DNA of 64,000 bases. Source: Candidatus Calescibacterium sp. (lineage in GTDB: Bacteria > DRYD01). The notes beneath the pieces were generated by a model, which saw nothing but the letters and a program-made list of their open reading frames with translations, was not told the origin of the DNA and ran no database searches. The stretch is taken from NCBI GenBank assembly GCA_025057615.1, contig JANXBF010000003.1:6828-70827 (forward strand). Direction: 5' to 3'. Each line of letters begins with the position of its first letter. The stretch's first letter is position 1. Of this stretch, positions 47,660-56,341 are shown piece after piece. Made by a program: the position numbers and the translations under genes.

Positions 47660-48700
47660 TTATTCAATTATAAATACCGAGTAGTTAAAATCGGTATAGA
47701 CCTTACCTTCTATTTCAAGATTTGTAATTATTTCAACTGTTTTAGGAAGAGGAATATTTAGAATATTTGATATTTTTTCAATTTTTATCCCCGGCTGATT
47801 CTTTATTATTTCCAAGACCTGATAATCTGAATCATAATTTTCTTTATATGCTACAACATTGTTAGAAACAAAAGGTAAGAAATTCAACACTTCTGATGGT
47901 TTGGTTATCATTATTCCTCCGGAATTTATTAGCTCCTTGGAACCTTCAAACTCTTCAGAATTTTGCAAGTAGGGAACTATGAGAGTCTTTCCCATCTCCA
48001 AAGCATAATTACCTGTTATAAGGCTACCACTATTTTTAGAAGCCTGTATAACAATAATTACTTCAGAAACACAAGAAATTAGCCTGTTTCTATAGGGGAA
48101 AAAATATTTATTTGGACGTTGTTTTGGCAAATATTCAGAAAAAACAAGACCATCAGCTGCTATCTTCTGCTGCAAAGACCTATTCATATAAGGGTAGTAA
48201 TAATCAATCCCGTTTCCAAGAATAGCAACCGATTTCATTTTGTTTAACAAAGCTTCCCTTAAACAAATGGTATCAACACCAGCAGCCAAACCACTAACGA
48301 TAACAACATTTCCCAAACTGGATAAAATTTTAATAACATCATTCGTAAATTTGGATGTTACAGTAAGTGGTTTCCTTGACCCAACAATAGAAATCCTGAA
48401 AATCCCCTTGTCCAACAGACCCCAATTACCATTATAAAAGATGATCCCAGCATTATTCTCATAAAGAAAATCTGGAAAGTCTCTATCAAAAAAAAATTTT
48501 ATTCTCCCTTTGTAACTCTCCAAATTGAAATCAAAATTATACCTCTTAATTATTTCATCTTCATTTATTTCCAACTTTTGGAATAATAAATCTATTGTTT
48601 TTTCAAGGTTGTCTTTAAAATTTTTTTCAATCAAATTTCTCAATTTAAAAAAATTATAACCAAAATAAAGATATAACAATAACAATTTCTTTTCAATCAT
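47660..48700 (-). CDS. dprA: DNA-processing protein DprA
   Basis: A Rossmann-like DprA core (IVGSRKPL...VIVSGLAAGVDTICLREAL...SGSLITGNYALEMGKTLIVPY) and a C-terminal winged-helix-like domain are present. I trimmed the start to the ATG at 48698-48700, which abuts the upstream stop at 48702. The track ORF extends to 48781. Confidence 0.8.
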   Translation of the reverse strand: MIEKKLLLLYLYFGYNFFKLRNLIEKNFKDNLEKTIDLLFQKLEINEDEIIKRYNFDFNLESYKGRIKFFFDRDFPDFLYENNAGIIFYNGNWGLLDKGIFRISIVGSRKPLTVTSKFTNDVIKILSSLGNVVIVSGLAAGVDTICLREALLNKMKSVAILGNGIDYYYPYMNRSLQQKIAADGLVFSEYLPKQRPNKYFFPYRNRLISCVSEVIIVIQASKNSGSLITGNYALEMGKTLIVPYLQNSEEFEGSKELINSGGIMITKPSEVLNFLPFVSNNVVAYKENYDSDYQVLEIIKNQPGIKIEKISNILNIPLPKTVEIITNLEIEGKVYTDFNYSVFIIE

Positions 48701-48701
48701 G

Positions 48702-49748
48702 TCAGGATCCAATAAAAAACCTAACCAAAAACGGTAATTTCTTTTGCTTAATTTTTTCAAAAAACAAAGATATAAAACCAAATAAAATTAGCGTCGTAAC
48801 ATAACTAAACATAAGATCCACATAGGGATTATTGGTATGAAAAACCCACCTATCAATTGATACGTTACTCCAAAAATACTCCACAAGAAACAAATGGAAA
48901 AGATAGAAAAAAAGAGAAGACTTACCAATCAACTCCAAATACCTACCAAATAACCCTAAATTACTGAAAACATTTTTATCATTGAAAATATTAACAAAAA
49001 TTAGAGAAAAGCATAGAAAAATAAATGATAAAACCCAAAGTATGAAAACATAATCAGGAGGATAAAACAACTCACCATAACCATCCCTTATATACTTTTG
49101 ACTATGGACAAGCACATAGCTAAAAATAACAAATAAAATTAACCAATAAACATAAAAATTAACAATCCATTTCCTATGATTTTCATTAAAAAAAACAAAA
49201 CCTAATACAAATATACCAGCCCATGGAAAAACTGGAAAATATCCATCAATAAGAAACTGTCTAACACAAATATTAAAGAACAATTCAAGAGACACAACAC
49301 TACCAACAGGATATTCAACAGGAATTTGATTATATCCAAAATAAAATTGCAAAATGATCGTAATAATAAATACAATAAACATAAGGCCAATTCCCAAAAC
49401 ATTCCATAAACGATACAGGAAAATGAATATCATAGTACAGAAACCAATTAAATATAGGACATCAAAAGACAAAAAAGGATATATTCTATATCCAATTAAG
49501 TCCAATAAAGATGCCACCAAGACGAGTATTAACCCCCTAACAAAAAAGTACTGCCAACCATAATCCTTTTCAATTTTATTTCTATACATTAGAAACCCTG
49601 TAATTGATACAAAAAGAGGAGCAGCAAAAGTATATACCAACCTCAAGAAAATAGGAGGTTGATCAATAAAATAAGGAGAATAATTTGCAATAATCATCAC
49701 AAATATAGCAAATCCTCTAAGTATATCTATTTCTCTTAGTCTATTCAT
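48702..49748 (-). CDS. DUF1624 / acyltransferase-3-like polytopic membrane protein
   Basis: The N-terminus RLREIDILRGFAIFVMIIAN is typical of the heparan-alpha-glucosaminide N-acetyltransferase-like DUF1624 family. About 9 TM helices. Confidence 0.6.
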   Translation of the reverse strand: MNRLREIDILRGFAIFVMIIANYSPYFIDQPPIFLRLVYTFAAPLFVSITGFLMYRNKIEKDYGWQYFFVRGLILVLVASLLDLIGYRIYPFLSFDVLYLIGFCTMIFIFLYRLWNVLGIGLMFIVFIITIILQFYFGYNQIPVEYPVGSVVSLELFFNICVRQFLIDGYFPVFPWAGIFVLGFVFFNENHRKWIVNFYVYWLILFVIFSYVLVHSQKYIRDGYGELFYPPDYVFILWVLSFIFLCFSLIFVNIFNDKNVFSNLGLFGRYLELIGKSSLFFYLFHLFLVEYFWSNVSIDRWVFHTNNPYVDLMFSYVTTLILFGFISLFFEKIKQKKLPFLVRFFIGS

Positions 49749-49815
49749 TAAAAATATTAATCAAGATTAAAAATAAACTAAAGATTCTATACTATTTTTT
49801 ATTCATTTATAAAAT

Positions 49816-50010
49816 TTACTTTTTATCATTGGGTACAAATTTATCTTCTATAGGAAAAGGAGAAAATGGCATTTTATGGGGGGCATTGAGAATAGTATTT
49901 ATATTTTTGATCTGTTTTTGGGATTGTGTTTTTTCATTTTTTTCTTTTTCTGGTTTTTGTTCTATTGGAGCTGGAGAAAACGGTCTATCTTTTTTATTTT
50001 TGATGTCCAT
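49816..50010 (-). CDS. Small hydrophilic protein (64 aa) with duplicated PFSP(A/F)PIE(Q/D)K motif
   Basis: The RBS is strong (GGAAGGAGGTATGAGAAATG). The motif RPFSPAPIEQK lies at residues 9-19 and MPFSPFPIEDK at residues 47-57. Confidence 0.5.
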   Translation of the reverse strand: MDIKNKKDRPFSPAPIEQKPEKEKNEKTQSQKQIKNINTILNAPHKMPFSPFPIEDKFVPNDKK

Positions 50011-50024
50011 TTCTCATACCTCCT

Positions 50025-50054
50025 TCCTATAATACTCTTTCCTATAATACTCTT
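50025..50054. repeat. Perfect tandem duplication of a 15-mer (TCCTATAATACTCTT x2) immediately upstream of the 64-aa ORF RBS
   Basis: 50025-50039 and 50040-50054 are identical. In gene orientation the repeat reads AAGAGTATTATAGGA x2 and runs directly into AGGAGG. Confidence 0.8.
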
Positions 50055-50081
50055 TTAATAACACTTTATTTATAATGTTCA

Positions 50082-51890
50082 CTATGTAGTTGAAGCTTGC
50101 AATTGTTCTTTATCATTTTTGAATAAATTGTTAAATTTTTCAATAATTCTATTTTTTATGTTCCCGAGTTTCTCAGCAACTCTCTCTTTAAAATTTTCAG
50201 TTCCAACCATAGAGTATATCTGGAATATCAACTTGGCTATTTCTATACCAATAGATACAACGCCAAACAATCTTCCCAATCCAAGTGCAGCCAAAGCCAA
50301 TGATACACCTCCAACAATGTTAAGTAAACCTTGTATTCCTATTCCCAGATTATTTCTTTCGTCAGCCATTTGCATCATTTTAGCCCCCTGTATGATATCC
50401 CTTGTAGATCCAATGAGCCCAAAAATAGAGGTAAGCCCTCCATATCCTCCGCCGAATATTGTGCTCCAACCCATCCAGAATTTTCCTAGACTACCAAGCC
50501 CATTAACAAAGTCTCCGCCGGCAGTCCCTATAGCATAACTATTTTTCAAAGTATTCTCATCATTTTTATTCTCATTTTTTGAGATCTTATTTTTAGCAGT
50601 GAATAATTTTTCAAGCCCCATGAATAGCAATGAAGCAACAGAAAATCCTACCACACCCAAAGGTCCAAAGAGCGGACCCAAAAAACTTAATAACATAGAA
50701 AATCCGCTGAGGAACCTAAATAACCCAACTTTGAAGTTTTCTGGTTTATTATCCACTGCAGAATTCTTGAGAATACTTGCTCCTTCAAGCGATTTTATAG
50801 TTCCCCCTACTATAGATGCTATACTACCCAAACCACCAGGCTGCTTAGTAAGTATATTATTAATCAATGAAGTAAAAGATAAAACATCGGCAGAACCTTT
50901 GATAAAATTTTCAGTTGATTTACCTGTGGAGTCCATTATTTTTTCAACACCTGAATTTTTATAAGGTGTATTTTTTTGGAATTCATCGATTTCTTTTTCA
51001 TTTTTATTTTTAGAAAACCAACTCTTTACGGTATTAAAGACCTTGGATACCACTCCTAAGGAAGCTCCAACAGCTCCACCTATGACACCACCAATCAATC
51101 CATAAATTTCCTTGGCAAATCCTTTAACAGCGTTGAAAACCTTCACTCCAATAGGTAATGAAGCCAATAAACCCAATCCAATCGAAGGGACAAATCCAAC
51201 TGTCCCAAGAGATAATGACATGATTAACAGAGCCAAAGGAGCCATCATCACAGCACTAACAGCAAGAGCTAATGGAACATTCGCCCAGTTTCCTGCCTTC
51301 TTGTTTGATTCCTTGCTCCATTCAACACCCAAATTGAACCCATTCCTAATATACTCCATAAAGCTTTCACTATTTTTGAGTTTTTCAAGGGAAATTTTGA
51401 GTTCTTCCACTCTGGTTGGATCTTCCTTTTGGAGCATCTGGTAGGTGGTTTGTCCACCCGCGACTGCACCAGCAATTGCAGAACTGTACTGAGTTCCAAC
51501 TAATCCAAGTGCCAATATTGATTGAAGAATTTGGAGCACTGGCTCAGATATATTTACAGCAACTCCCCCAGAAAACAACAACTGAATCAGGAAAGAAATT
51601 GGAACAAGAGCAAAATTGAAAGTGAAATAAGCCAAAGCTCCAGCTAAAGCAGCACCAAGAACTGATAAACCAACAGCTTTAGCATCCAATTTTTTTACAT
51701 CAAATTCACTTATTTTTTCTTTGATCTTTTCAAAGCTCTCTTTAAGATCAGAATGCATTCTAGTGAAAAAGTCCCCAACTTCTTTGCTTTCATCCAAAAA
51801 ATTTACGCCAATAAAATTTTTTAAATAACCCTCACTAAAATTAACTTCATCAAAAGATTTCTGGTGAGCTTTATTTAAGATTATATTCAT
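50082..51890 (-). CDS. Large glycine-zipper-rich membrane protein (602 aa), unknown family
   Basis: RBS is AGAGGTG. A hydrophilic, coiled-coil-like N-terminus (~70 aa) is followed by at least five long Gly/Ala/Leu-rich hydrophobic blocks. Examples are AVGLSVLGAALAGALAYF, IYGLIGGVIGGAVGASLGVV, LSFLGPLFGPLGVVGFSVASLLF and LLNIVGGVSLALAALGLGRLFGVV. The blocks are separated by K/N/E-rich loops. Confidence 0.75.
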   Translation of the reverse strand: MNIILNKAHQKSFDEVNFSEGYLKNFIGVNFLDESKEVGDFFTRMHSDLKESFEKIKEKISEFDVKKLDAKAVGLSVLGAALAGALAYFTFNFALVPISFLIQLLFSGGVAVNISEPVLQILQSILALGLVGTQYSSAIAGAVAGGQTTYQMLQKEDPTRVEELKISLEKLKNSESFMEYIRNGFNLGVEWSKESNKKAGNWANVPLALAVSAVMMAPLALLIMSLSLGTVGFVPSIGLGLLASLPIGVKVFNAVKGFAKEIYGLIGGVIGGAVGASLGVVSKVFNTVKSWFSKNKNEKEIDEFQKNTPYKNSGVEKIMDSTGKSTENFIKGSADVLSFTSLINNILTKQPGGLGSIASIVGGTIKSLEGASILKNSAVDNKPENFKVGLFRFLSGFSMLLSFLGPLFGPLGVVGFSVASLLFMGLEKLFTAKNKISKNENKNDENTLKNSYAIGTAGGDFVNGLGSLGKFWMGWSTIFGGGYGGLTSIFGLIGSTRDIIQGAKMMQMADERNNLGIGIQGLLNIVGGVSLALAALGLGRLFGVVSIGIEIAKLIFQIYSMVGTENFKERVAEKLGNIKNRIIEKFNNLFKNDKEQLQASTT

Positions 51891-51962
51891 ACTATTTACA
51901 CCTCTTTTTTATATGTCTTTCATATTTAATAAAAATTATTTTTACATCACTAAAGTTAAATT

Positions 51963-51979
51963 TGTAAAAAAAATGTAAA
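51963..51979 (-). promoter_or_regulatory. Direct-repeat box TTTACA-TTTTT-TTTACA (gene orientation)
   Basis: The + strand reads TGTAAAAAAAATGTAAA, 73 nt upstream of the 602-aa gene start (51890). The 14-mer core is identical to those at 6450 and 42875. Confidence 0.5.
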
Positions 51980-52023
51980 AAAAATTAAAGGTAAAATATT
52001 TCTAGCTATAGAAATAGTAAAAT

Positions 52024-52278
52024 ATGGAATGTAAAATAGTTACTCCCTATTTCTCAAAAACAGTGAATGTAAAAGAGATATCCATAGACAGCACTAATGG
52101 TGTTCTTTTAATATATCCACAACATACTGACATGATATCCTCTATAAAGAAAGATTCTCTTTTGAATATAAAATCAACTGAAGGTAGCTTAAAATATAAG
52201 TGTAATCAAGGAGTTATAAAAATTCAGTCCAACAAAGCATTGATTTTAATAGATACAGATGAAAAGGATAATATGTGA
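52024..52278 (+). CDS. ATP synthase epsilon (AtpC) N-terminal beta-sandwich-like protein, truncated and orphan
   Basis: 84 aa. The sequence KIVTPYFSKTVNVKEISIDSTNGVLLIYPQHTDMISSIKKDSLLNIK...GVIKIQSNKALILIDTDE aligns by eye with the AtpC pattern IVTP...G.lGILPgH.p....L..G.l......gGf.ev..n.vtiLad.ae. There is no C-terminal helical hairpin. Confidence 0.5.
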   Translation: MECKIVTPYFSKTVNVKEISIDSTNGVLLIYPQHTDMISSIKKDSLLNIKSTEGSLKYKCNQGVIKIQSNKALILIDTDEKDNM

Positions 52279-53587
52279 AGGTCCAAACCGTTTGAGTGGG
52301 GAATTCTTTCCCCAAGGTTCAAAAAACGGTGCTTTACCATTGTTGGCATCCTGCATAATTTTTGATACCATAATAAAGATAAATAACGTTCCTGATATAG
52401 AAGATATAAACACAATGTTATCAATCCTTATATGTATAGGCTGTAAATGTCAGTATGTAAATAACAGTATTATCATAGATAGTAGACAGATAAATAACTA
52501 TGAGATAGGTTGGGAATTGGCTTCCAAAATGAGAGCTTCTTTTGATTTATTGGGAAGCTTAGTATACAGATTTGGAAAAGCGGTAATACCTTTTCCTGGA
52601 GGATGCTTAATAGGAAACAGAAAAGTGGACATGCATCTCTGGGTAACCAAACAACTCGGGTTCGAAGTAAAAATAGACTCTGGAAATGTTATAGTAAGTG
52701 ATTTCAATCCTAAACACGCAAATGAAGAGATATCTTTTTGGATACCCAGTGTTGGAGTTACCAAAAATGCCACATTCTTGGGTCTATTTGTATCAAAGGA
52801 AACCAAGAAAAAAATAGTGTTTCACAACATTGCAATTGAGCCAGAGATAACTAACTTATGGGATTTCTTAATAAAAAACGGACTAAATCTGTCATATGAT
52901 ATAAATAAAAGGGTATTACAAATATTTCCATCCAATCCACAATTTGATTCTCTAATAAATGTTGATAACATATATGATAGAATAGAAGCTGGAACATTTG
53001 CAATAGCAACATGCACAACAAAAGGTAGTATCCTAATAAAAGACAATGATGACCCAAATTACTCACTAAAAATTATGCTTTCCAAATTGTGGGAATTACT
53101 CAGTTTAATAGGAACAGAAATAAAATTTGATAAAGAGTACATAGAGCTGAAATCTCATAAACCTCTGAGTTCATTTGAAATTTCAACAGATGTTTACCCA
53201 AACTTTCCAACGGATCTCCAACCGCAAATGGTATCACTTGCAACATCAATAGAAGGTATGTCAGTTGTTAAAGAAAATCTTTTTGATGATAGATTCGTAT
53301 ATGTTGGCGAGTTATTAAGGTTAGGAGCAGATATAAATGTTGTAAACAATAAGTTTGCAATAATCAACGGAGGTAAAATATTGAAAGGAGCTCCACTGAA
53401 AGCAACTGATATAAGAGGAGGTGCCGCTATACTAATAGCAGCTCTAATAGCTCAAGGAACATCCATAATAACAAATACATTTCAAATATACAGAGGATAT
53501 GAAAAAATTGTTGAAAAATTATCAAAATTAGGAGCAAACATATACGAAGAAGCTGAAAAAGTATTAGAGGCAACCAACATATATTAA
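52259..53587 (+). CDS. murA: UDP-N-acetylglucosamine 1-carboxyvinyltransferase
   Basis: GPNRLSGEFFPQGSKNGALPLLA, the catalytic-Cys loop PGGCLIGNRKVDMH, and DIRGGAAILIAAL are present. Confidence 0.9.
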   Translation: MKRIICEGPNRLSGEFFPQGSKNGALPLLASCIIFDTIIKINNVPDIEDINTMLSILICIGCKCQYVNNSIIIDSRQINNYEIGWELASKMRASFDLLGSLVYRFGKAVIPFPGGCLIGNRKVDMHLWVTKQLGFEVKIDSGNVIVSDFNPKHANEEISFWIPSVGVTKNATFLGLFVSKETKKKIVFHNIAIEPEITNLWDFLIKNGLNLSYDINKRVLQIFPSNPQFDSLINVDNIYDRIEAGTFAIATCTTKGSILIKDNDDPNYSLKIMLSKLWELLSLIGTEIKFDKEYIELKSHKPLSSFEISTDVYPNFPTDLQPQMVSLATSIEGMSVVKENLFDDRFVYVGELLRLGADINVVNNKFAIINGGKILKGAPLKATDIRGGAAILIAALIAQGTSIITNTFQIYRGYEKIVEKLSKLGANIYEEAEKVLEATNIY

Positions 53588-53594
53588 AAATTCA

Positions 53595-54614
53595 ATGTAT
53601 AACAAAAAATCTAACGGAATATTTTCATCACTACATCAAAGAATAGGTATAGATTTAGGAACAAATAGCGTTTTAGTATATGTTAAAGGTAAAGGTATAG
53701 TTTTAAAGGAACCTTCAGTAGTGGCAATAGATAAAAAGAAAGGTAATGTTGTATTAGCAGTCGGTGAAGAAGCAAAAGAAATGATTGGTAGAACCCCATC
53801 ACATATAGTTGCAGAAAGACCAATAAGAGACGGAGTAATAGCAAGTTATGAAGCTGCAGAAGCCATGATTAAATTCTATGTAAATAAAGTTAAGAAGAAT
53901 TCGCTAATAGGATACGTTTTCAAACCCATAGTAGCAGTATGTATTCCAGCTGAATACAACAGTGTAGAAGAGAGAGTAATAAAAGAGGCAGTTATGGCAG
54001 CAGGAGCAAGAGATGTTTATATTATAGAAGAACCCATGGCAGCAGCAATAGGAGCAAACTTGAAAGTCAATAGTGCAAAAGGAAATATGATTGTAGATAT
54101 AGGTGGAGGGACAACCGATGTAGCAGTTATATCCCTCGGAGGAATTGTAGTTAAAAAAACAATAAAAGTTGCTGGGGATAAAATGGATGAAGCTATATCA
54201 AAATACATAAGAAAAAATTTCAACCTTCTGATAGGAGAACAAACAGCCGAAAGAATTAAAATATCGCTTGGAACAGTTATCCCACCGGAAGAAGATAAAA
54301 AGATGGAAGTAAAGGGTAGAGATTTATTTACAGGGCTTCCTAAAAGTATATTAATAACAAGTAGAGATACTATAGAAGCTCTTTGGGAACCAGTTAGTGA
54401 AATAGTTGATACTGTAAAGTCAGTTTTGGAAATGACTCCCCCTGAACTTGCTTCTGATATAATAGAAGAGGGTATAACATTAACAGGAGGGGGAGCTCTT
54501 TTAAAAGGATTGGATACAGTTATTTCAAAATCTACCGGAATAAAAGTCAATATTCCAGATGACCCTATAGCTTGTGTAGCAATAGGAACGGGTAGATTCG
54601 CTGAAAGTCTATAA
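53595..54614 (+). CDS. mreB: Rod-shape-determining actin homologue MreB
   Basis: IGIDLGTNSVLVYVKGKGIVLKEPSVVA, EEPMAAAIGA, VDIGGGTTDVAVISLGG and LTGGGALLKGLD are present. Confidence 0.95.
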   Translation: MYNKKSNGIFSSLHQRIGIDLGTNSVLVYVKGKGIVLKEPSVVAIDKKKGNVVLAVGEEAKEMIGRTPSHIVAERPIRDGVIASYEAAEAMIKFYVNKVKKNSLIGYVFKPIVAVCIPAEYNSVEERVIKEAVMAAGARDVYIIEEPMAAAIGANLKVNSAKGNMIVDIGGGTTDVAVISLGGIVVKKTIKVAGDKMDEAISKYIRKNFNLLIGEQTAERIKISLGTVIPPEEDKKMEVKGRDLFTGLPKSILITSRDTIEALWEPVSEIVDTVKSVLEMTPPELASDIIEEGITLTGGGALLKGLDTVISKSTGIKVNIPDDPIACVAIGTGRFAESL

Positions 54615-56341
54615 TGAACATTTCCATCATAATTCTTGATTTCATATTGATTCTTTTTTCACTTTTTTTGTCTACCTTTCTGAGATTTGAATTCAGTATA
54701 CCCCCAAATTTTATATCACAAAAAATTCTATTTTTCGTGATTTATAGTATTCTTATGGTATCAACTTTCTCCGCCTTTGGAGAATATGAAGAAAAATGGG
54801 AATATTCTTCTCTAAAAGAATATACAAAAACAATATTAACATTTTTAAGTGTCAACATTTTTTTAGGACTATTTTTTTATTTTAGTGAAGGTTTTTTCAT
54901 TCCAAGAACAATATTTCTGATTTCAATACCTTTTTCAATATTATTCATTATTTCAATAAGGATCCTATATAGAGGCCTGAAAGAATACAGTACAAAAGAA
55001 GATAAAACTACAAAGTCTGTCATTGTATGTAGAGAGAAAAATTTAGTAACCATATACAATAATTTACAAAACCACAATATAGTGGCAATTTTTTTTGAAG
55101 AAAGAGTACCCAAAGGAAGACTTTTCAAAGGTATACCAATATACTACGATATTTCGTATTTAAAGAATATCCCGGCAAATGAAATTTTCGTAGATAAGGA
55201 AGTAAGTCAAGATTTATATCTTAAAATAATAGACAATAAGCCCCCAGGGTCTATAATAAGAAAAATAGAATTCTTACCCTCTCTATTCATAGAAAATTTT
55301 CGTGTGGAAGATGTAATAAACAGAGAAAAGAGATTAATAAACATAGAAGTAGATCCAGAAAAGATCTATCTTATAACAGGAGCAGGAGGAAGCATAGGTA
55401 AATATATAACCAAAGAATTAATCAATTCAGGAGCAAAATACCTTAAGCTCCTCGATTACAGTGAAGAGAATCTACATAACCTGATGCTGGAATTAATACC
55501 ATTTGAAAAATTACATAAAGAATTCATATTATTTGATATTAAGGATCCTTTACTATCAAGATTTATAAAAGATGTAGATGTGATATTTCATTGTGCAGCT
55601 AACAAACATGTTCCAATAGTAGAAGAAAACAGGTATATTGCATATAAAACTAATATAATAGGATTAATAAATACAATAGAGAACTTGAAGAGTAGAAGTA
55701 GAGAATTTGTTTTCATATCAACTGATAAAGCAGTAAATCCCACCAATTTCATGGGTTTGACTAAAAGAATAGGAGAAATGATTACTTTAAGCTACAAAGA
55801 TGAATATTTAAAAACAATAGTTGTAAGATTTGGTAACGTTTTTGGAACATCTGGAAGTTTAATACCCAGTGTAATAAAACAAATAAATATGTATAACAAA
55901 GTTTTTCTAACACACAGAGAAGTAAAGAGATTTTTCATGATGCCAGATGAAGCAGCCAAACTAATAATAAGTTCTCTATCGATAGAAAGTGGAAAAATAG
56001 CAGTGCTTGATATGGGAGAACAAATAAAAATTCAAGAAATAATAGACAAAATAGTCAAAATATTAACACCTATGAAAAAAATAGAAGTTGAAATAATAGG
56101 TTTAAAAAAAGGAGAAAAAATGGAAGAAGAATTATTTTTTGAATTTGAAAAAATAACAGAAAAAAAGGACTACATCTTCATCGTTGAACCAAATATAGAA
56201 ACAAAAAAAGAAGAAATATTATCCTTTATAGAAAAAATAGAAACAGAAATAAAAAATCTAAAAAATATTAATCCACAAAATATTGATGAATACTTAGTGG
56301 AAAATCTCAAGAATTTAGTCTTACAAGTAAAAAAAATATGA
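54614..56341 (+). CDS. Membrane-anchored polysaccharide-biosynthesis NDP-sugar 4,6-dehydratase (CapD/PglF/WbpM-like)
   Basis: N-terminal TM helices are followed by an SDR domain with ITGAGGSIGKYI, FISTDKAVNPTNFMGLTKR and RFGNVFGTSGS. Confidence 0.8.
   Translation: MNISIIILDFILILFSLFLSTFLRFEFSIPPNFISQKILFFVIYSILMVSTFSAFGEYEEKWEYSSLKEYTKTILTFLSVNIFLGLFFYFSEGFFIPRTIFLISIPFSILFIISIRILYRGLKEYSTKEDKTTKSVIVCREKNLVTIYNNLQNHNIVAIFFEERVPKGRLFKGIPIYYDISYLKNIPANEIFVDKEVSQDLYLKIIDNKPPGSIIRKIEFLPSLFIENFRVEDVINREKRLINIEVDPEKIYLITGAGGSIGKYITKELINSGAKYLKLLDYSEENLHNLMLELIPFEKLHKEFILFDIKDPLLSRFIKDVDVIFHCAANKHVPIVEENRYIAYKTNIIGLINTIENLKSRSREFVFISTDKAVNPTNFMGLTKRIGEMITLSYKDEYLKTIVVRFGNVFGTSGSLIPSVIKQINMYNKVFLTHREVKRFFMMPDEAAKLIISSLSIESGKIAVLDMGEQIKIQEIIDKIVKILTPMKKIEVEIIGLKKGEKMEEELFFEFEKITEKKDYIFIVEPNIETKKEEILSFIEKIETEIKNLKNINPQNIDEYLVENLKNLVLQVKKI

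Noticed and set aside
50119-51444. Three long + strand ORFs (50119..50538, 50599..50964, 51112..51444; 110-139 aa) opposite the 602-aa gene
   Set aside because: These are shadow ORFs. The minus-strand gene is rich in Gly/Ala codons, so its antisense frames are depleted of stop codons. None has an RBS, and their products are low-complexity P/S/N-rich strings.
54017-54550. A 177-aa minus-strand ORF inside mreB. Similar antisense ORFs lie inside the ZIP gene (62217..62675), mnmE (56583..57557, several), the subtilisin gene (41578..41919), fliM (1371..1580), murA (52498..53066) and hslU/deoB (30290..31591).
   Set aside because: All lie wholly within confidently identified genes on the opposite strand, have no start context, and have unremarkable composition. 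They are ordinary antisense open frames.
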